Assembly: GCA_963700155.1 (NCBI GenBank)
Contig: OY969472.1
Location: 1,064,690 to 1,128,689 of the forward strand
Direction of reading: 5' to 3'
Length of the DNA stretch: 64,000 nt
Origin: an uncultured bacterium
Lineage (GTDB): Bacteria; Patescibacteriota; Dojkabacteria; J137
The notes beneath the pieces were generated by a model. That model was not told the DNA's origin and ran no database searches. It saw only the letters and a list, made by a program, of their open reading frames with translations. The translations under genes were made by a program, and so were the position numbers. Below, in pieces: positions 27,989 to 38,098 of the stretch; within the stretch, counting starts at the first letter, position 1; every line of letters begins with the position of its first letter.

Positions 27989-28741
27989 ATGAAAACAGTA
28001 AAAGATTTTTTTAAGGAAGTTAAAGATAAGCCTTCTGTAACTGATGCATACGTACTATATTTAAAAGGTATAGAACAAACTGGTGGTGAATATCCTGAAG
28101 TATATTTAAGTGGAGCATTAACTAGTGGTGGGTTTAGAAGGGATGAAAAATTAAGTTGGGATGAAGGATTTATTAAAAATGCTGAGCTATCTGCACAAAT
28201 AAGGAAAGCTTTATACGTATATAACTTATTGGATAAAAATAAGTTAATATTCTTCCCTGGAGATACAGCTACTTTCAATGGTTGGCATCAATTCGAATTT
28301 AATCTTTTTTTTGGATTAACTATAATAAATATAACAAATATTGAAGATGTCAATAATTTAGTGGAGACAGCCAAAAAAGTTGTCGATATGTACGGATTTG
28401 TTAATGATAGAGCTACACGTGACGATCGAATCCATAGTTATAAGAGTCTTTTAGATTTTTTTGAAAATTATATTAAAGAAAATGATATCGAGATTCAACC
28501 AGTCAAAGAGATTATTCAGATATTAGATAATGATATGTCACTTGGAGCTTGGTACGAGGTAGAACTGGCTAAATATTTTAGAGCAAGAGTTTTAAGAGTT
28601 AAGGTTAATACTAAATATAATTCAAATGATTCACTAATTTCAGATATTATAAGTAAGGTTGATTCACTAAAGGTACTTGATGTTGATTTCTTTGATGGTA
28701 ATTCTGAACAAAGCAAACCTATTTATTTAGTAGAAATATGA
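27989..28741 (+). CDS. hypothetical protein (250 aa) directly downstream of the Gly T-box
   Basis: Good ORF with no recognisable family; YLSGALTSGGFRRDE motif. Sits between the T-box terminator and glyQS. Confidence 0.45.
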   Translation: MKTVKDFFKEVKDKPSVTDAYVLYLKGIEQTGGEYPEVYLSGALTSGGFRRDEKLSWDEGFIKNAELSAQIRKALYVYNLLDKNKLIFFPGDTATFNGWHQFEFNLFFGLTIINITNIEDVNNLVETAKKVVDMYGFVNDRATRDDRIHSYKSLLDFFENYIKENDIEIQPVKEIIQILDNDMSLGAWYEVELAKYFRARVLRVKVNTKYNSNDSLISDIISKVDSLKVLDVDFFDGNSEQSKPIYLVEI

Positions 28742-28839
28742 AATTATAAAAAATTGATTTCAAAATAAGCTTTATACCTAAATGTATATTTTCAAACTGA
28801 TTTGCATTAAACTTTTATTATAAATTTTAAATATTAAAT

Positions 28840-30225
28840 ATGAATACTGAAATTACTTTAGAAAAAATCGTTGCATGGTCAAAAAGACGAGGTTTTATTT
28901 TCCCATCTTCAGAAATTTATGGTGGGATGGCAAATGTCTATGATTTTGGACCTTACGGAACATTATTAAAAGAAAATTTAAGAAATTTATGGCTAAAGAA
29001 TTTTGTTTACGATCGTGAAGATATTTATGCAATTGATAGTAGCGTTATTTTAAACCCAAAAGTGTGGGAAGCAAGTGGACATACAACTAGTTTTGCTGAT
29101 GTAATGGTTGAGGATAAAGTAAGTCATAAACGATTTAGAGCTGATCATATTATAGAAGACTATTATCTAAGAAGAAATCAAGATGTGAAAGTAGACGGTA
29201 AAACACCAGAAGAATTAGCAGAAATAATTAAAGAAAATAATATTAAATCTCCTGATGGTAACGAACTTACTGAGCCAAAAAGATTTAACCAGCTTTTCCA
29301 GACTGAAGTCGGAATTATTGCTGGAGAAAAAAATAAAACATATCTTAGAGGAGAAATTGCACAAGGTTTGTTTATGAATTTTAAAAACATTCTTGACTCA
29401 TTACATCCTAAACTACCTTTTGGAATTGGTCAGGCTGGGAAAGCTTTTAGAAACGAAATAACAATGGGGAAGTTCACTTTTAGAACTTTGGAATTTGATT
29501 TAATGGAGTTTGAATACTTTTTTGACAAAGATAAGCAAAATTGGAAAGAATTATTTGAATATTGGAAAGATCAAATGAATAAATTTGCAGAAATTATTGG
29601 ATTAGAAAAAGAAAATTTAAGATGGAGGGAACATGAAGATTTTGAACGATCGCATTACTCCACTAGAACTGAAGATTTAGAGTATAAATTTCCGTGGGGA
29701 TTCAAGGAAATGTGGGGATTAGCATATAGAACAGATTATGATTTAAAAAATCATCAGGAAAAATCCGGAAAAGATTTAAGATACACATATCCCGATGGTA
29801 AAAAGATACTACCACATGTAATTGAACCAACCTTTGGTTTATCAAGATTGATAACAGTTTTAGTATTTGATTCATACAGAGAGGAAGAAGTTAATAGTAA
29901 AACAAGAGTGTATTTAAAATTCAAACCATCTATTGCTCCAATAAAATTTGCGGTTTTTCCTTTACAAAAAGACGAAAAACTTAGAGAGTTCGCAAAAAAT
30001 TTATACACTGATTTAAGAAAAGATTTTATTGGTGAATTTGATGATTCAGGTAATATTGGGAAAATGTACAGAAAGCAGGATGAAATTGGAACACCTTTTT
30101 GTATAACTGTAGATTATGAAAGTTTGAATGATAAAGCGGTAACAATTAGAGACAGGGATACTATGCAGCAAGAAAGAATTTCAATTGATAAATTGAAAGA
30201 TTATATTAAAACAAATTTAAAATAA
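28840..30225 (+). CDS. glyQS: glycine--tRNA ligase (alpha2 homodimeric type)
   Basis: N-terminus EKIVAWSKRRGFIFPSSEIYGG..N.YD.GP.G is typical of alpha2 GlyRS; class II motifs; C-terminal anticodon-binding domain. Confidence 0.85.
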   Translation: MNTEITLEKIVAWSKRRGFIFPSSEIYGGMANVYDFGPYGTLLKENLRNLWLKNFVYDREDIYAIDSSVILNPKVWEASGHTTSFADVMVEDKVSHKRFRADHIIEDYYLRRNQDVKVDGKTPEELAEIIKENNIKSPDGNELTEPKRFNQLFQTEVGIIAGEKNKTYLRGEIAQGLFMNFKNILDSLHPKLPFGIGQAGKAFRNEITMGKFTFRTLEFDLMEFEYFFDKDKQNWKELFEYWKDQMNKFAEIIGLEKENLRWREHEDFERSHYSTRTEDLEYKFPWGFKEMWGLAYRTDYDLKNHQEKSGKDLRYTYPDGKKILPHVIEPTFGLSRLITVLVFDSYREEEVNSKTRVYLKFKPSIAPIKFAVFPLQKDEKLREFAKNLYTDLRKDFIGEFDDSGNIGKMYRKQDEIGTPFCITVDYESLNDKAVTIRDRDTMQQERISIDKLKDYIKTNLK

Positions 30226-30238
30226 TAAACTAAGAAGT

Positions 30239-31285
30239 TTAGTTAATCGTAAGTCTATACTTTGTACCTCTTCCTTGGCCTTCAATCTTAACTAGTTTTT
30301 TTCTTACAAGATCATTAAGGTCTCTAAATGCAGTCATTGTAGAAACTTCCATCATATGACAATAATCTTCACGTTTAATAGAAGGTACTGTTTGTAGGTA
30401 TCGTAAAACTTTAAGTTGTCTCTTATTTAAGTCTAAAAATGGTTGACTCTTTGATGTTTCCTCTTCTTTAATGAATTCTGAAATATTTTCTCTGGTTTCT
30501 AATTGTTCTTGTGTCAAGGTTTGTGTAAAAACTTCAAGCCAATTTGATATTTCAAAATTAGTTCGACTTATATTGTAAGCTTCTATTAATTTCTGCTCGT
30601 TATTATCAAAATTTCTTACTATAGAAGTAAAAACTCGGTATGATAGATTATTCTTATATAATAGATAATTTGCCAATGCAATTATTGTTACCTTATTTCC
30701 CGCAATAAATGGGTATAATTCAATTATTCTATAAATAAAAACACCAATCCTAATAATTGGAGTGACAGTTGGTGTTACATCTCGATACCACTGAATTACT
30801 TCGATAACCTCCTGTTCTAATCTTGCTGAATCTATATCTTTATCCCTTAACTCACTCCAATTATCAGTTGTAGTATCAATTTCATCACTAATATTTCTAA
30901 ACCTTGCTTCCCAATTTTCTTTCCAATCAGAAACAATCATTTTATGAATATGATTTACAATACTTAAATCTATTTCTGAATAACTCTCTGAAGCATTTGA
31001 TTGCGTAAAATCTATGAGATGTTTGAAATTAATTAATATTTGAAGTTTTATTGGATCAATACTTTCAATTGTCATTCCTGTGCTAAGCTTTTCAGCATCT
31101 TTTAAAGTTATTTCAACTCCTAAAATATGTGCTAAATGAAACATATCATATATTTTTGTTGAAAGATTCATTTTAAATTTAGAATCTTGTGATAAATCAA
31201 TATCTTGAAGTGTAGTTTTATAGTTTTCTAGTCTAACAAGTTCTGTAACTAGTTTATCAGTATATTTAAATTGAGGTTGATACAT
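30239..31285 (-). CDS. Fic/DOC-fold-like protein with degenerate active-site motif and C-terminal winged-helix DNA-binding domain
   Basis: YPFIAGNKVTII aligns to HPFx[DE]GNGRxxR, with His replaced by Tyr and GR replaced by KV. The preceding ...WEARFRN fits the Fic core. The C-terminus (LRYLQTVPSIKREDY...TAFRDLNDLVRKKLV) is a wHTH. The start is probably the internal ATG at 31285; the ORF-track start at 31366 adds an AT-rich hydrophobic artefact. Confidence 0.35.
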   Translation of the reverse strand: MYQPQFKYTDKLVTELVRLENYKTTLQDIDLSQDSKFKMNLSTKIYDMFHLAHILGVEITLKDAEKLSTGMTIESIDPIKLQILINFKHLIDFTQSNASESYSEIDLSIVNHIHKMIVSDWKENWEARFRNISDEIDTTTDNWSELRDKDIDSARLEQEVIEVIQWYRDVTPTVTPIIRIGVFIYRIIELYPFIAGNKVTIIALANYLLYKNNLSYRVFTSIVRNFDNNEQKLIEAYNISRTNFEISNWLEVFTQTLTQEQLETRENISEFIKEEETSKSQPFLDLNKRQLKVLRYLQTVPSIKREDYCHMMEVSTMTAFRDLNDLVRKKLVKIEGQGRGTKYRLTIN

Positions 31286-31394
31286 ATTAGAGATGATAAT
31301 ACATAAGTGATATTTAAATAATACTATAATGTTACGAAAAAGCAAAAAAATTAATTTAAGAATCACTATATGCTATATTCACTAAGTATAAAGT

Positions 31395-31467
31395 GCTGGC
31401 TTAGCTCAAATGGTAGAGCAACGGTATCGTAAACCGTAGGTTGTGAGTTCGATTCTCACAGCCAGCT
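31395..31467 (+). tRNA. tRNA-Thr (anticodon CGU)
   Basis: Acceptor GCUGGCU/AGCCAGC; anticodon stem ACGGU/ACCGU; loop AUCGUAA; T-arm GAGUUCGAUUCUC. Confidence 0.85.
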
Positions 31468-31489
31468 AATTAACTATTAATTCATAATT

Positions 31490-32614
31490 TTGGATTCATA
31501 TTTACACAAAAAAAGTGAAGACAAAATTTCAGAATACATAAAAATAATTTCTGTTCAGTTAGATATTAATTTAAAATTACTAGAGTCAATGATTAGTAAA
31601 TTTTTAATATCTGAAATACCTTCATTAAGTTATGAATATCAAACTGTCAATATTTATAATGAACAAAATAAACTAATTAAAATAAATTCATTAGAACTTC
31701 GAAATAAAATTAATATCTTGCTATTAGATATAAAAGATGTATCAAGCGAACAGTATGAACTTTATAATAATAAATTGTTTAAAATTTTTACTAAATTAGA
31801 TTTTGTTTCAAAAATAAATGATGAACTACTCATTCTTGAAGATTTGATTTTTTCAAGGCAACCAACTCAAAATCAAATATTACTTATTTTGAATGAAATT
31901 CAAAATTTTAACGACGAAGAGAATGATAGTTTTATTTCTAAAATATTTAGTTTAGTAGATGAATATCTATCAAAAAATAATTTTGAAATTGCACATATAA
32001 AAGTTACTTGGCAAAATTATTTATTAAATTATATTAAAAGTAATATTGAAAGAATATTTCAAGGTGATAAATCTTTGATTATTAATTTATCAATCGATGA
32101 TTTAGAAGAATTAATATATGAAAGTAATCTAATAGTAATCTTTTGTAATAAAATTGATATAGTTGAAATAAAAAAAATGTTAAAAAGTATAGTTTCAAGG
32201 AAATTAAAGTATATTAGGAAACAAGATGTTAAAGACGAAATAGATATCAACTTATTAGAAAGTTACTATAGTGAATTAAAAAGCGATTTATTAAATTACA
32301 ATCAAACTGTTTTAGTAGAAAAATTTAAACCTGAGTTTCTTGAATTAATTAATACTTTAGTAGATGAAGATGAATTACCAGATTATTATTTTTTATCTAG
32401 ATTAATAAAATTATCTAAAAATCTTTTATATTACAACGATCCAGATTCTTTAATTACTAAAAACATTGATAAAATTTTAAATATAATAATGTACTTTAAG
32501 AAGGAATATATTAAAAGACTTAGTAAAACAAAAAATAAAACTATAATATTCAAATATAGAAGTCATTTGGAGCAAATAGAAAATTTTCTAAATCTTTTAA
32601 ATAATGAAAACTAA
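31490..32614 (+). CDS. hypothetical protein
   Basis: 374 aa; overlaps the next gene by 11 bp, suggesting an operon. Confidence 0.4.
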   Translation: MDSYLHKKSEDKISEYIKIISVQLDINLKLLESMISKFLISEIPSLSYEYQTVNIYNEQNKLIKINSLELRNKINILLLDIKDVSSEQYELYNNKLFKIFTKLDFVSKINDELLILEDLIFSRQPTQNQILLILNEIQNFNDEENDSFISKIFSLVDEYLSKNNFEIAHIKVTWQNYLLNYIKSNIERIFQGDKSLIINLSIDDLEELIYESNLIVIFCNKIDIVEIKKMLKSIVSRKLKYIRKQDVKDEIDINLLESYYSELKSDLLNYNQTVLVEKFKPEFLELINTLVDEDELPDYYFLSRLIKLSKNLLYYNDPDSLITKNIDKILNIIMYFKKEYIKRLSKTKNKTIIFKYRSHLEQIENFLNLLNNEN

Positions 32615-32912
32615 CTTATTCGAACAAATAAAATTAAAAGTAAAAGAGATCCCCAGAGGAATGGTTTCAACTTATGGTGAAGTAGCAAGAGCTGTAGGGA
32701 TTAACGACGCAAGAAAAGTTGGTTGGGCTGTTTATGGTAATCAAGATAAGAATATCCCTTGTCATAGAATTGTAAACAAGGCGGGCTTTTTGGCTGAAAA
32801 ATTTTCATTAGGTGGATGGCAAGAACAAAAAGCCCGCCTTGAACCTGAAGACATTGAGTTCATTGAAGAAAAACGTGTTAATATGAAAAAACATTTTTAT
32901 CAGTTCAAGTGA
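32604..32912 (+). CDS. MGMT-family protein (methylated-DNA--protein-cysteine methyltransferase DNA-binding/active-site domain only)
   Basis: PCHRIV active-site motif and an HTH region; 102 aa; ends with TGA. Confidence 0.65.
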   Translation: MKTNLFEQIKLKVKEIPRGMVSTYGEVARAVGINDARKVGWAVYGNQDKNIPCHRIVNKAGFLAEKFSLGGWQEQKARLEPEDIEFIEEKRVNMKKHFYQFK

Positions 32913-34288
32913 AGGTTAATTTAGCAATTCAAAGATTTATAATTCTAATTATATTTTACTTCCTCATCTCAGTAAGAGGTGATGGTTACTTTCCTTTTTC
33001 AGAAAATAGCGATCATAATATTTTACTTTTATTTCAGATATTTGTTGTTTTAATAAGTTTCTTTTTATTAATATTATTTTTTCAAAATAAAATATTAATA
33101 TCTTCAAAACTGTTTGAGTTCATAAAAAGACATCTGATTTTATTATTTCCTTTATTTACATTATTTTTAATTATCATAACTGATCTATATTTTTTAAAAA
33201 ATTATCTTAATTTTAAGAATTATTATAATTTTAATTATTTAGTTGTAATAATACTTTCTGTAATTTCGATCATATTTATATTTTATTGTGTATATAGTAG
33301 AAAAACTATATTAACTATTATTAGTATATTTAATTCAAGTTTTTTATTATCATTGATACCACTAATTTATTTTCCGATAAATTCTAAGATTGGTGATTTA
33401 ATACCAATTATTCAAAAGCAGTTAGAAGCTTTTTTAACAGGTCAAAATATTTATCAATTTTTTCTTCTTGATAATGGAGTCTTAACACAAGCTGTTAGAC
33501 AACCCGGTACAACTTTAAGTTATCTACCAGCTTATTTACTTAACATAGATTTAAGATTTATGGGAATATTTTTTACATTTTTAACCTGCTTTTTCTTATT
33601 AAAATTAATTTATAAAAATTTTAATGAAATTAAATTCGACTCTAAATTTTTGTTAATTTTAACGTTAATTTCGATAATATTACTATCTCCTTATAGACTA
33701 AATCGACTTGATGTTTATGAACCGGTTTTTTGGTTTTTGCTGACTTTAACAATCTATTTCTTAAAGACCAAAAAACTGGCACTAGCTTCACTAACATTTG
33801 GTATTGGTATCTTTACACAAGTTTGGTTTTGGTTGTTTTTTCCATTTTTTATCTACTATATTTTTAAAAAATACACTCTGAATAAAACTTTAAAGTGTAT
33901 TTCTATTATCATAATTTCTGGAGTTCTGCCTTTATCATTATTTATTTTTAGAGACTTTTCTGCTTATTATCAAAATGTTTTTGGTTATTATAATAATCTT
34001 GTTTCATTTAATGAGTTCAATTTATCATCGTTTTATTTAACTCCACTGATAATACAAAGTGGCTTAAAAAAACTTTTGTTATTCATTCAAGTTGTGTCAT
34101 CAGGTATAATTCTCTTTGGTTTTATTAGATCAAGAATTAATATAAAAACTTTGTTGATGTATCTTGGTCTAGTATTTTTTATTTTTATACAGTTTAATTC
34201 TTTGACTTGGAATTATATGTATTTAGATATTTTCGTTCTACTTATTATTTATTTATTTTTGAATTTAAAGATTGATGAGCAATTCTAG
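32909..34288 (+). CDS. polytopic integral membrane protein (GT-C-like glycosyltransferase topology?)
   Basis: 459 aa with about 12 TM helices; GTG start overlapping the upstream stop. Confidence 0.35.
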   Translation: MKVNLAIQRFIILIIFYFLISVRGDGYFPFSENSDHNILLLFQIFVVLISFFLLILFFQNKILISSKLFEFIKRHLILLFPLFTLFLIIITDLYFLKNYLNFKNYYNFNYLVVIILSVISIIFIFYCVYSRKTILTIISIFNSSFLLSLIPLIYFPINSKIGDLIPIIQKQLEAFLTGQNIYQFFLLDNGVLTQAVRQPGTTLSYLPAYLLNIDLRFMGIFFTFLTCFFLLKLIYKNFNEIKFDSKFLLILTLISIILLSPYRLNRLDVYEPVFWFLLTLTIYFLKTKKLALASLTFGIGIFTQVWFWLFFPFFIYYIFKKYTLNKTLKCISIIIISGVLPLSLFIFRDFSAYYQNVFGYYNNLVSFNEFNLSSFYLTPLIIQSGLKKLLLFIQVVSSGIILFGFIRSRINIKTLLMYLGLVFFIFIQFNSLTWNYMYLDIFVLLIIYLFLNLKIDEQF

Positions 34289-34952
34289 TAATATACTAAA
34301 ACTATCAGGTGGGTTAGAAAAAGCTATCAATGCAGGATACTTTATTTGGAGTAATGAAGGAATTGATTGGATAGTCAAAACTATAATAGATGAATCTTGC
34401 ATTACAGTAGATCATATTGATTACAAAAAAATTTATGAAATATTTAATACTTATTATCCAATGAAATATGAGAGCTTTACTAGTAGTATGGCTGATCATG
34501 CAGAGGAAATAATATCTAGATTGCAAAGTTTAGGTATTAATGTAAAACAATATCCATATAAGCAATGGGATCATGAAGATCTGGATATACTTGTTAGCGT
34601 TATTATTAATTCTAACAGTATTAACCCAGATGGCAGTTTGAATTATAAAAAGCTAGTTTTAGCATACTCAGGTAAAAAGTCTGAGATTAATCTTAGAACT
34701 ATAGTAAAAAAATATTGGTCTTATATTGAAGGGGCAATTGAATGTCACGGAATTTGTGTTTATAGAACAAATAAAACTATAGATGATAAACAATTACTAC
34801 ATTTATCAAGAGTAGTCTCATTCAATGGTTATAGAGACTCTTCTGGAAGAATTTTATGGGGAAAAATTTCAAAGGAAATTTTTCCAGGGGTCTCTAAAGA
34901 ACAATTGCGTAGAGCTTATTATAATTATGTGAAAGTAGATTCTGAGCCATAA
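34272..34952 (+). CDS. hypothetical protein
   Basis: 226 aa ORF. Confidence 0.4.
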   Translation: MMSNSSNILKLSGGLEKAINAGYFIWSNEGIDWIVKTIIDESCITVDHIDYKKIYEIFNTYYPMKYESFTSSMADHAEEIISRLQSLGINVKQYPYKQWDHEDLDILVSVIINSNSINPDGSLNYKKLVLAYSGKKSEINLRTIVKKYWSYIEGAIECHGICVYRTNKTIDDKQLLHLSRVVSFNGYRDSSGRILWGKISKEIFPGVSKEQLRRAYYNYVKVDSEP

Positions 34953-34996
34953 AACTTCTTTTACCTAATGGTATACTTGTTGCATAATATACTTCT

Positions 34997-37900
34997 ATGA
35001 TAGATTTAGACTTTTATATAAACAATTTAAATTTGGTTCAAAAAAAGGCCGTAGAAACTCTTCAGGGCCCTGTATTGGTTATAGCTGGACCAGGAACAGG
35101 TAAAACTCAGGTTTTAGCTTTAAGGATTGCAAATATAATTAAGCAGACTGACACATCACCTTCAAATATTTTATGTCTCACATTCACTGAATCAGGTGTA
35201 TCAGCAATGCGAAATCGTTTAATTAGTTTTATTGGTAAAGAAGCTTTTTATGTAAGAATTCATACTTTTCACAGTTTTTGCAATGAAGTAATTCAGATGT
35301 TTCCTGAAAAATTTGCTTTTGCTAGAGACTTAATTCAGCTAGATGATTTAAATAGATTAAAGGTGATTCAAAGCATTATAGATGAGTTAGATACCGAAAA
35401 AAAATACCAATTAAGACCTTTACATGATAAATATTTTTATCAGAACGAAATACTAAAACAAATTCAAACTTTAAAAAGAGAGGGAATCTCTGATGAGCAA
35501 CTTAATAAAGTTGCCAGAGATTCCCTCTCTGAATTAGAACAAAATGTTGAACTAAACAAGAGAACAGGGAAACCTACTTCTAAGTGGAACCTTGAGGTAA
35601 AAAATTATCAAAAATTAGTTGAGTTATCTGAGATCTATCATCAATATAATAAAAATTTAATTGAATCAGGGTTTTATGATTATGAAGATATGATTCTTTT
35701 TGTTAATAACAAGTTTTTAGAAGATGATGAGCTTTTAGCTTTCTACCAAGAAAAATTTTTATATATCCTTGTCGATGAATACCAAGATACTAACGGTTCT
35801 CAAAACCAATTACTGAAAACCTTGGGGAATTTTGATGAATCTCCGAATATATTTGCTGTTGGCGATGATGATCAAGCAATCTATAGATTCCAGGGCGGTA
35901 ATGTTGAAAATTTATTATTTTTTGAAAAACAGTTTAAAGATACTACTATTATACCAATAGATATCAATTATAGATCAAGTCAGCTTATATTAGATTTGGC
36001 ATCATCTTCAATTAAAAATAATAAAGCACGATTAGTTAATCTTATTCCTCATTTATCTAAAAATTTAAAAGCTGGTATTAAAATTCCAAACAACAAGACT
36101 GAAATTTATAGCTTTAGCCATTACGAAAATGAGAATAAATTTATTTCGCAAAAAATCAAAGAATTACATTCAAGTGGAGTAAACTATTCAGATATTGCAA
36201 TTTTTTATAGAAGACATAACGATTCAAATGATATAGTTGAAGCACTTTTAAAATCAGATATACCTATTAGATTAGCTGCAGGAAAGAATACACTTGATGA
36301 AATAGTCGTTCAAAAATTTATAAATCTTTTAAAAGTAATTTATCATCAAGATGAAAATCTTAACTTTATTTTGTTTGAAGTCTTATTTTATGAATTTTTA
36401 GGTTTAGAAAGAATCGATGTATTTAAATTAGTTAATTCATCTTCATTAAATAAAGAACCTTTATTCAACTTAATGCTAGATTTGGAGTACTTAAAAAAAA
36501 GTCATTATAAACAACCAGAAAAAATAAATAATCTTGCAAATAAGATTATAGAGTGGAGAGAAGCTGCATCAAACTTAACCTTAATGCAGTTTATTGAGAA
36601 AATTGCTGATGAATCAGGTTACCTAAATTCGATGTTTGATGGAGAAACGGATATTGAAGCGATTAATTCGATAAATTCATTATTTAGTTATATTAGAAAC
36701 ATTAATATGATTAATAAGAGACTAACTTTAAGAGAGTTTCTTGATGATATAAAACTTCTTGAGAAGAATAAACTTAATGTTGAAGAAAAGGAGCTTGATA
36801 TAAAAAAAGATGGTGTTAACTTAATGACAGCTCATAAATCTAAAGGGCTTGAATTTAAATATGTTTTTATTGCAAAATTTTATGATAAAAATTGGGGTGG
36901 AAATCGTTCTAGGAGCTTTATTAAAATACCTCTTGAAAAATTTCCATTATCAAATGTAAATGTAATCGAAAAAGTTGAAACTGATTTCGAAATTGAAGAT
37001 GAAAGACGTTTATTTTTTGTTGCATTAACAAGAGCAAAGGAACAAATATATATCACTTATGCAAAAATATACCCTTCAGGAAATACAACTAAGGAAGTCA
37101 GTCCAAGTCAATTTATATTTGAACTTGATAAAGACTTAATAACTAATATTGATACATCAAGTGAAGAAATTGAAGATTTAGAATATTTTAAGCAAAATTT
37201 AAATCCTTCAAGGCTAGCTTCACCTTACACAATTGAGGAAAAAGAGTATCTTAAATCAATTATTAAAGATTTTAAATTAAGTGCTACAGGACTTAAAGAT
37301 TATATAGAATGTCCTCTTAAATTTAAATTTACTCATCTTTTTAAAGTTCCTAAACCTATTCAAAGAAATGCTATATTAGGTTCAGCTGTTCATTTTGCAC
37401 TTGAAAATTACTTTAGATTATTAAAGAATAACGAAAAAAAAGATTTAAAATTTTTAATTGATAAATTTGATTATTATGTTAAAAAACAACTAATTGGTGA
37501 AGAAGACACTTCTTTAGTATTAACAGAAGGAAATAAAATTATTTCTGATTATTACGATCATTATAAAAATGAATTTATTCCTCCTCTTGAAGTTGAGTAT
37601 GCATTTAAAGGTAAAAATGTTGTATTTGAAATACCTGGGGAAGATCCAATTATAATTAAAGGAAGATTAGACAGAATTGATTGGATGGAAGATCAAAATA
37701 TTAAACAAAGAACTAATTTTGATATAAGAATTACAGATTATAAAGTAATGGTTCCACAGTCACAAAATTCAATAAAAGGCGGTACAAAATCTTCAAAAGG
37801 GTTGATTTTCAAACAGTTGATGTTTTATAAATTACTAGCTGATTCAGATCCATTATTTAGGCAAAATGTTTTATCACCTCGATATAATGTATCAGAAGTT

Positions 37901-38098
37901 TGTATTGACTTCATAAAACCGAATAGAACAGGAATCTATAAAATAGAACATTTTGCAATTTCAGATAGTGAGTATCAAGAATTTAAAGAAGAGGTAATTG
38001 ATATTGTCAAAAGAATTAGAAATTTAGAGTTTTCCGGTAGTGAAAAATATCCTTTATGTGGGGAATGTGAATATTGTAAATTTATTTCTCATTCATAA
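34997..38098 (+). CDS. UvrD/PcrA-like SF1 helicase fused to a C-terminal RecB/Cas4-type PD-(D/E)xK nuclease with Cys cluster
   Basis: N-terminal motif I AGPGTGKT; DEYQDT; helicase motifs through about 700 aa. The C-terminus has a Cys in ..IECPLKF.., D..DYK nuclease residues, and a terminal CGECEYC. Confidence 0.75.
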   Translation: MIDLDFYINNLNLVQKKAVETLQGPVLVIAGPGTGKTQVLALRIANIIKQTDTSPSNILCLTFTESGVSAMRNRLISFIGKEAFYVRIHTFHSFCNEVIQMFPEKFAFARDLIQLDDLNRLKVIQSIIDELDTEKKYQLRPLHDKYFYQNEILKQIQTLKREGISDEQLNKVARDSLSELEQNVELNKRTGKPTSKWNLEVKNYQKLVELSEIYHQYNKNLIESGFYDYEDMILFVNNKFLEDDELLAFYQEKFLYILVDEYQDTNGSQNQLLKTLGNFDESPNIFAVGDDDQAIYRFQGGNVENLLFFEKQFKDTTIIPIDINYRSSQLILDLASSSIKNNKARLVNLIPHLSKNLKAGIKIPNNKTEIYSFSHYENENKFISQKIKELHSSGVNYSDIAIFYRRHNDSNDIVEALLKSDIPIRLAAGKNTLDEIVVQKFINLLKVIYHQDENLNFILFEVLFYEFLGLERIDVFKLVNSSSLNKEPLFNLMLDLEYLKKSHYKQPEKINNLANKIIEWREAASNLTLMQFIEKIADESGYLNSMFDGETDIEAINSINSLFSYIRNINMINKRLTLREFLDDIKLLEKNKLNVEEKELDIKKDGVNLMTAHKSKGLEFKYVFIAKFYDKNWGGNRSRSFIKIPLEKFPLSNVNVIEKVETDFEIEDERRLFFVALTRAKEQIYITYAKIYPSGNTTKEVSPSQFIFELDKDLITNIDTSSEEIEDLEYFKQNLNPSRLASPYTIEEKEYLKSIIKDFKLSATGLKDYIECPLKFKFTHLFKVPKPIQRNAILGSAVHFALENYFRLLKNNEKKDLKFLIDKFDYYVKKQLIGEEDTSLVLTEGNKIISDYYDHYKNEFIPPLEVEYAFKGKNVVFEIPGEDPIIIKGRLDRIDWMEDQNIKQRTNFDIRITDYKVMVPQSQNSIKGGTKSSKGLIFKQLMFYKLLADSDPLFRQNVLSPRYNVSEVCIDFIKPNRTGIYKIEHFAISDSEYQEFKEEVIDIVKRIRNLEFSGSEKYPLCGECEYCKFISHS

